A stretch of 64,000 nucleotides of DNA from a virus. Its lineage: Duplodnaviria; Caudoviricetes. This document shows, piece by piece, positions 57,929 to 64,000 of the stretch (within the stretch, counting starts at the first letter, position 1; each line of letters opens with the position of its first letter). The notes under the pieces were generated by a model that made no database searches, was not told the DNA's origin, and worked only from the letters and a program-made list of their open reading frames with translations. The stretch lies in IMG/VR virus record IMGVR_UViG_3300007083_000004, positions 128,001-192,000 of that record, one strand, 5' to 3'. A program made the position numbers and the translations under genes.

Positions 57929-59563
57929 ATGCCTAAATTACAAAGACCTATTCCAGAATCAGACCAATCTATTGTTAGACCTATAGCTGTGTCTTTAATA
58001 CAAGACATAATGATTAATAAGTTATTATTATCTAGAGATATCAGAATACAATACCCGGGTTATACAAACACATCTGGACAAACCCATAAATGGTTGTCTC
58101 ATGTTAGAGATACTGACAGATTGCCAACATCTGATAGAATGCATGTAGATGTAACGGAAAACTATGTATCAGATTGGATGCCTCAAAATGTTACTAATAA
58201 AGTCGAACACATTCCGTTATTCTTAAATAGAGAATTAGATGTAGAGATTAGACCAATCTATGCATCTATGGAGATGAAAATTAATTTACAGTATAGAGCT
58301 AAGAATAAAACTGACGCTCGTAAGTGGTATGATTACATGATGCTAAAAGTACCTAATAGAGAAGATGTTACTTATCATACTTTAAATTATTCATATTCAC
58401 TACCAGCCAGCTACATAGAAATACTAAAAGAAATCCATAGATTAACTGAAATCAAGGGAGCGATTGGCGATGATTTTAATGACTTTTTTACAAAATGGGT
58501 TAATCCTAAATGGACTATTTTAACAGATCAAACTGGTAAGAATACATTAGGTGCATTTGCTGAATCTCAAATTAAATGCTTGGGTTTTTTTGATCATGGA
58601 AATGAGCCTGATTTTGGTAGTAGGCCAGATGAAACAGATACGTGGTTAGTAGAAATGCCGTACGTATTAAGATATGAAAAACCTAAAGATATCTATTTTT
58701 CATATCCAATTGTAATACATAATTCCGTACTATCATCCAAGTATAGAAATACTACCAAATATGAAATCGTTGAGGATTTACCTCAAACCAGAACATGGTC
58801 CATGGCTCATATGAAGCAAATGGAATCATTGGAAAATCCATTGTTATCCAACCACGCATTTCCTGGTAAACATTTTCCTGTATTTGACGATTGGATGCCC
58901 AGAATGGTACCAGATCGTACCAAGAGAGTATTTACTACATTGGTATTAATACCAGATCCAGATTCCGATGATCCACTACAATTAATGAATTTAAGAGATT
59001 TAGAACATCCTCAATACAACATGTGTTTTAATAAACACATGTTGGATTTTTTAAATACCGAACATCAATATGTACATGAATATAGAAATAGTGCTATAAA
59101 CATTTGTTTATATAAAGGTAGGTTATGGATGGATGAGTGGGTAAACATGTCTAAAGATTTAAATATAAAATCAGTAAAGAAGTTAGACATTAAATCCATT
59201 TACCATGTTAGGTTATCTTTAGTATCCGATTTAACTATTTTAACCGAATCAGCTAGAAATAGATTAAGGCATCACCCTGGTTTTTTTGAAGTTTTATTAA
59301 ATTACGTAATTCCAGATAAACATCCAGTTCCTACATTCAAAGTTATAAGGGAATGGATAGGAAAACCGGGTAAGTGGATAAATGGAATCTGGTATGAAAA
59401 CGAATGGGTAGAATATGTTGCTCAATCGGAATTCGATAGAATAATAGAATATATTAAACTGAAATATCACAACAAGTTTACTTTGGGATGGAATAATGAT
59501 GGAGTTGGATTGTCGTACATGAAAACTGTACAGAAAACCATCCTAAACGCTTTATACAGGTAA
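57929..59563 (+). CDS. Virion structural protein (phiKZ gp98-like)
   Basis: ATG 57929 after GAGAG; AESQ..GFF, YEKP and YPIVIHN motifs; synteny. Confidence 0.6.
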   Translation: MPKLQRPIPESDQSIVRPIAVSLIQDIMINKLLLSRDIRIQYPGYTNTSGQTHKWLSHVRDTDRLPTSDRMHVDVTENYVSDWMPQNVTNKVEHIPLFLNRELDVEIRPIYASMEMKINLQYRAKNKTDARKWYDYMMLKVPNREDVTYHTLNYSYSLPASYIEILKEIHRLTEIKGAIGDDFNDFFTKWVNPKWTILTDQTGKNTLGAFAESQIKCLGFFDHGNEPDFGSRPDETDTWLVEMPYVLRYEKPKDIYFSYPIVIHNSVLSSKYRNTTKYEIVEDLPQTRTWSMAHMKQMESLENPLLSNHAFPGKHFPVFDDWMPRMVPDRTKRVFTTLVLIPDPDSDDPLQLMNLRDLEHPQYNMCFNKHMLDFLNTEHQYVHEYRNSAINICLYKGRLWMDEWVNMSKDLNIKSVKKLDIKSIYHVRLSLVSDLTILTESARNRLRHHPGFFEVLLNYVIPDKHPVPTFKVIREWIGKPGKWINGIWYENEWVEYVAQSEFDRIIEYIKLKYHNKFTLGWNNDGVGLSYMKTVQKTILNALYR

Positions 59564-59567
59564 AATT

Positions 59568-60968
59568 ATGTCTTTATATACCGAAGTAGATGCTACACCT
59601 AAAAAACCCATAGAACCCATTTTAAAACCTTTTAAAGATGATTTTAAAACTGCTGTAATAGATACTAGATATACTCCACTACAAGACCTCTTAAGTTATG
59701 TTGAAGGCTCTACTTGGGTAGTAGATTATTATTCTCAAGTATTAGACGAACATAATGAGTTAAATGGCCAAGATAGTTCATTAAGCGCAGTATATCAACA
59801 ATATAACAGAATCTGGTCTTTGGAATTAAAAGTTACTCAAGATTTATCTCAGGTCAGTCAAGATGAAACCAGTTCCGAGATAACCCTACAGGGTTCAGCA
59901 AATATATATCCGTTCATGGTACCTCAAGTAGGAGATATGTTTAGAACTGGTATTGCTGATGGTAGGGAGGGTTTATTTAAAGTCACCAGTGTACAAAGAA
60001 GGCAGATGTTTAAGGACGCCGTACATCAAATAGAATATCAGTTAATAGCAATTAATGATGAAATCAGAATTTATGATTTAGATAAGAAAACCCAACTAAC
60101 ATATTACTTTGTTAAAGATTTCCTACTGAATAACCAAAATCCATTATTGGTAGAAGATCAATATAATACAGCCAAGAAATTGGAAGAATATTGGCATGAT
60201 TTAATCTATATGTATTATCACCAATATTTCAGTAATGAACATCGAACCATACTGGTACCAGAACAAGGTTTCGTTACCTACGATCATGGGTTAACAGAGT
60301 TCGTTAAAACCATAATGGATTCTACCGAAGATACTCCTACATTTAGTATTAGACAATTAAATATAGGAGATGATAAATTATTGACTCATCATAGCTTGTG
60401 GACAATGTTATTAAGACGTGATCCTAAAATGATGAAGTATATATATAAAGAAGTTGGTATTACAACCAAAAACTCTTTTCATAAATCAGCTTTAATGGCT
60501 GGATTACGTTACACGGGTATACACCATATTGTTTATCCAGTAGGTTTTAAAGGACCTATTGATTATCAAAACGAACAAATGGTGGGTAAGTTATTAAATG
60601 AAGCCAATCCAGATTTTGATCCAGATAAACATAGCGAAGATGTAATTAATTGGTATTCAAAGTTATTGTATAAGAAAGTTTTTTTACAATCAAAAATGAA
60701 TAAACCCAGATTTGATGTAAATCAATTACTGATTAATCCGGTTCATTTTGAAGATTCTTATGTATTATCCAATACCTTTTATAATAGAAATACCAGTAGA
60801 TTAAGCCTATTAGAAAAACTATTATTGGATTACCTGGATTTTAAGTTAATAAATGCCAAGGATGTTTTAAAACTATGCGAAGATGGTAACGAATGGAATG
60901 ATTTAGAAAAGTTTTATTTTTATCCATTGTTATTATTATTGATTAAATATTATTTACGTAGATTATGA
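59568..60968 (+). CDS. Virion structural protein (phiKZ gp99-like, neck-like)
   Basis: LLSYVEGSTWVVDYYSQ and PQVGDMF motifs; synteny. Confidence 0.65.
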   Translation: MSLYTEVDATPKKPIEPILKPFKDDFKTAVIDTRYTPLQDLLSYVEGSTWVVDYYSQVLDEHNELNGQDSSLSAVYQQYNRIWSLELKVTQDLSQVSQDETSSEITLQGSANIYPFMVPQVGDMFRTGIADGREGLFKVTSVQRRQMFKDAVHQIEYQLIAINDEIRIYDLDKKTQLTYYFVKDFLLNNQNPLLVEDQYNTAKKLEEYWHDLIYMYYHQYFSNEHRTILVPEQGFVTYDHGLTEFVKTIMDSTEDTPTFSIRQLNIGDDKLLTHHSLWTMLLRRDPKMMKYIYKEVGITTKNSFHKSALMAGLRYTGIHHIVYPVGFKGPIDYQNEQMVGKLLNEANPDFDPDKHSEDVINWYSKLLYKKVFLQSKMNKPRFDVNQLLINPVHFEDSYVLSNTFYNRNTSRLSLLEKLLLDYLDFKLINAKDVLKLCEDGNEWNDLEKFYFYPLLLLLIKYYLRRL

Positions 60969-61633
60969 ATAATCCATCTCCCAGCAGTATTCCGTTAGAT
61001 GATCCTAGGTACCCTATATTTGGTAGATTATTCATGTGTAGGGTACCTAGAATAGCTCAATATGGAACTGATTACTTAAAGACATATGGTATACCTACAT
61101 CTGGTTATAAAGACGTAGATTTAGGATTGATTACTAAACCTGAATTATGTTATATTACTATAAATCAGATGGTAGAGTTTTATAACGATAACCAAATGGT
61201 TAGCATAGTAAAACAAGATGATGTAAGAATCATTTATGAAATATGTCAAGATTATACGTTTGATTGGGCTAAACGAATTAAAGATAATGTCTACATTCAT
61301 ACAGCCCCTTTAGAAGATTTGGTTAAGATAGATGAATTCTCAGAAGCCGTTTATCAATACGCCGGTCATACATATGGTAATGAATATGCTAAAACATTCT
61401 TGCCTGATTTTGGCGGTAAGGCCATATCGGATGAAATTCAGTCGTTAATGAATATGTATGATTCTATTGATAATAAGAAAAAGAAATTAAAAGAGAAAAA
61501 GTTTGCTGATGTAACAGTTAAAACCAAGTTTTCTACTGAGACTAAAAAGATAGTGGAAACTATAAAAGAGAAGATCGAATTGCCAGATAGGCCATCTGTC
61601 AGGGATATTTTCTTAAATTACATGAGGCAGTAA
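60965..61633 (+). CDS. Conserved protein (phiKZ gp100-like)
   Basis: ATGA overlap; synteny. Confidence 0.55.
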   Translation: MNNPSPSSIPLDDPRYPIFGRLFMCRVPRIAQYGTDYLKTYGIPTSGYKDVDLGLITKPELCYITINQMVEFYNDNQMVSIVKQDDVRIIYEICQDYTFDWAKRIKDNVYIHTAPLEDLVKIDEFSEAVYQYAGHTYGNEYAKTFLPDFGGKAISDEIQSLMNMYDSIDNKKKKLKEKKFADVTVKTKFSTETKKIVETIKEKIELPDRPSVRDIFLNYMRQ

Positions 61634-61638
61634 AGATT

Positions 61639-63015
61639 ATGTCTATAGATAATAGCATACTAAATAGCGAAATTAGTAGCATAATTAATTCTTCTTTTTA
61701 TCCTACCAATTATGTTTATACAGCCAAAATAAAAATAGAAGCTGAAGTTTTTGATATAATGAAAATAATAGAAATAGATGAACACAGTGATTATGAATAT
61801 ACATATGGACCTATTAAGGTGATAAAGATATTGGTAGCCAAAGGTGATTACGCCAATATCATTTATCCTAATAGGGATAAGTTGGAACTGATGTTAACAA
61901 CAGAAAAAGTGAATCATAACGATTATTCTGCATTGGATGAAGAAGATTCCATAGAAACTATTATTTATAACGCCAGGTTGGATCCAGATAGTTCTCCAAT
62001 CATATCTAGCGACATAAATACAGAATACTATTCAAGAGAAGAATCTAATCTAATGGGTTTAGTGGAAATCAAACTACAGATAAAACCTAAATTATTAGAT
62101 GATATCAGTAAAATCAGTATAGGTGGTCAATTTTTAAATATCACCAATATTGAATTACTAAAAAATATAATTACGTTTTATTGTAGTGAACTAAACTTGC
62201 AAGACGATTATAAACTATTAGGAATTAACGTTCAAGGTACTCCATCTGAGGTTATCAAGAAAAGAGTAATAATCCCACATGGTTTAAAATTGCATGATTT
62301 AGCTGATTATCTACAACATAAACAAGGCGGTGTATTTTCTACAGGATTAGCTCAGTTTGTATATAAGAGGTGGTGGTATATCTTTTCTGCCTATGATACA
62401 ACTGATTATGAAAATGGTGAGGATAAAATAGTAATAATCAGTGTACCTCAAAAACGATATCCACAAATTACAAAATCGTGGATTAAACGAAATAACATCA
62501 TAACAATTTTAGCTACTGGAAATAGAAAAGTAAAATCAAATAAACTAACTGATTTTGATAATATTGGTAATGGCGTAATGTTTACTGACGCTAATAAAAT
62601 AATAGATGGTTTTCAGGTGGATAAAGGTAATATTGCTATCTTAAATAGAGGTAAAAATAATAGCGAATTTGCTGGAGAAGGTTTAAATAAAAACCATTTA
62701 ACTACGTCTAGTAATGCTATTACATCAAATCCTTTTTCTGCTACCAGTAGACTAGCTAAATCTCAAGGTCATTATTTTACATTTGAATGGCAAAATTGCG
62801 ATCCTGAGGTTATAAAACCAGGAATGAAAATAAAAATACAATATCTGTCTGGCGATGAGGTAATTGAACTAAATGGTATATTATTAAAAGCTCATATACA
62901 AACAATTTTAAATGGTCAGGGTATGGTGGCAACTGGTCATAGAACCCATGCTGCAATGGTGGTATTTGTTAAAGCCGAAGAAATACATGATGGTGATTTA
63001 TTGGGTTTAAATTAA
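61639..63015 (+). CDS. Virion structural protein (phiKZ gp101-like, baseplate hub-like)
   Basis: IIPHG..L..YLQ..GVFSTG and WQN...IKPGM motifs; synteny. Confidence 0.6.
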   Translation: MSIDNSILNSEISSIINSSFYPTNYVYTAKIKIEAEVFDIMKIIEIDEHSDYEYTYGPIKVIKILVAKGDYANIIYPNRDKLELMLTTEKVNHNDYSALDEEDSIETIIYNARLDPDSSPIISSDINTEYYSREESNLMGLVEIKLQIKPKLLDDISKISIGGQFLNITNIELLKNIITFYCSELNLQDDYKLLGINVQGTPSEVIKKRVIIPHGLKLHDLADYLQHKQGGVFSTGLAQFVYKRWWYIFSAYDTTDYENGEDKIVIISVPQKRYPQITKSWIKRNNIITILATGNRKVKSNKLTDFDNIGNGVMFTDANKIIDGFQVDKGNIAILNRGKNNSEFAGEGLNKNHLTTSSNAITSNPFSATSRLAKSQGHYFTFEWQNCDPEVIKPGMKIKIQYLSGDEVIELNGILLKAHIQTILNGQGMVATGHRTHAAMVVFVKAEEIHDGDLLGLN

Positions 63016-63031
63016 TTAATCATTGATCAAA

Positions 63032-63069
63032 ATACCATAGTTCGAGGGGTACCCCTCGAACTATGGTAT
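63032..63069 (+). terminator. 38-bp perfect palindrome
   Basis: ATACCATAGTTCGAGGGGT|ACCCCTCGAACTATGGTAT. Confidence 0.7.
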
Positions 63070-63089
63070 GATTCTCTATAGGAATAAAT

Positions 63090-64000
63090 ATGTTTACTAA
63101 TTACTTAAATTTCTTTTCTGAAAGTGTTTTTGATTTAATATATCCTAATGATATACAAAACGATATAAAATATTCTTATGTAAGACCAGCTTTTGAATCA
63201 CTGCCTATAGTAAGAAATAATCATTTGTTTAATAGACAAGGATTTATGATAGCGTATGGTTCACAGTTGGATACTTGTATTACTATATATCCACATTCTG
63301 ATGCAGATAAAAGTCCTTGGGACGGATTTGCCGGAATGTCTTTATATACCAACATGAACGGAGATGTTGTAACATTTACTAAAAATCCTAATTTAGGTAA
63401 TTGTTTACATGCTTTTAAAAACGACATAGATCCAGATACACTACCAAATACTACCGCTAAAGAGAAATTATTAAAGTATTATGGTGTATTCGATCATGTG
63501 GGTGGTACTAAAAACAATAAAGTTATTTCTTGGGGAGATGAAGTTAATTTCAATAATACATCTAACCTATGGAATAACATTTCTACCAATTATCCTACCA
63601 ACCCTGATAATAAAGTCAGGATGAGATGCACTAGTACTGGTAACCCATATAGTCATGTAGACTATGCAATGAAATGTTATACGTCTAACCTAGATGATCC
63701 CAAAAATCTCAATTTAGATAATTATACGGAATTTTATAAACATCAAATACACAATAATGTAAGAAGAAATGATCCGTTATTGCCAGAAATATATAAATCG
63801 ATGATGACTAGAATGACTCGTTTTCCAGGCTGGTTTCATGGAATATATTTACAAAACATGAAAGAAACAAATGTAGTGATTAATTATAGTAGAAATGGCA
63901 ACGAGTTAGTATATTCTAAAAGTAATAAAAGAGTATATAGGAAAGACTCACATACGGGATATATTTCTAATGTAATGACTGAATTTCATATGCATGAAGA
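63090..64000 (+). CDS. Hypothetical protein, runs off the window end (absent from the ORF track)
   Basis: AGGAA SD, ATG 63090, reads MFTNYLNFFSESVFDLIYPND... with no stop seen. Confidence 0.7.
   Translation, partial: MFTNYLNFFSESVFDLIYPNDIQNDIKYSYVRPAFESLPIVRNNHLFNRQGFMIAYGSQLDTCITIYPHSDADKSPWDGFAGMSLYTNMNGDVVTFTKNPNLGNCLHAFKNDIDPDTLPNTTAKEKLLKYYGVFDHVGGTKNNKVISWGDEVNFNNTSNLWNNISTNYPTNPDNKVRMRCTSTGNPYSHVDYAMKCYTSNLDDPKNLNLDNYTEFYKHQIHNNVRRNDPLLPEIYKSMMTRMTRFPGWFHGIYLQNMKETNVVINYSRNGNELVYSKSNKRVYRKDSHTGYISNVMTEFHMHE

Noticed and set aside
615-63069. Palindromes as CRISPR repeats, REPs or MITEs
   Set aside because: They differ in sequence, are solitary, and have no spacers, target duplications or cas/transposase genes.
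63221-63427. 68-aa minus-strand ORF
   Set aside because: It lies opposite the longer SD-supported plus-strand ORF starting at 63090.
1-64000. Alternative genetic code (stop-codon reassignment)
   Set aside because: Core genes are full length under the standard code, and all three stops are used at gene ends.

Overview
AT-rich, gene-dense segment of a nucleus-forming, phiKZ-like jumbo phage (Chimalliviridae) using the standard genetic code. It holds the conserved core block in phiKZ-like order: phuZ, a split family-B DNA polymerase, chimallin (chmA), non-virion RNAP subunits (beta' N, gp68-like, beta C, beta' C), sbcD, a ChmC-like protein, PicA/Imp1, an SF2 helicase, the virion RNAP beta' C part, and a long head/baseplate cluster. 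tRNA-Arg(UCU) and thyA are inserted into this block. phiKZ gp-number assignments rest on synteny plus recalled motifs, not on database searches. Best leads: (1) a -1 frameshift signature (GTT TTT TTT C plus a downstream hairpin) that would fuse 39330..40859 to 40868..41278, like tail-chaperone G/GT pairs; (2) a minus-strand gene broken by a G9/C7 homopolymer pair, a candidate phase-variable switch; (3) an autotransporter-type beta-barrel C-terminus followed by a GC-rich, multi-conformation candidate ncRNA; (4) exact 57-bp inverted and 46-bp direct repeats linking head-protein paralogs; (5) an SSB-type DDDEDIPF tail on the ChmC-like protein; (6) 19 long, near loop-less intergenic palindromes.
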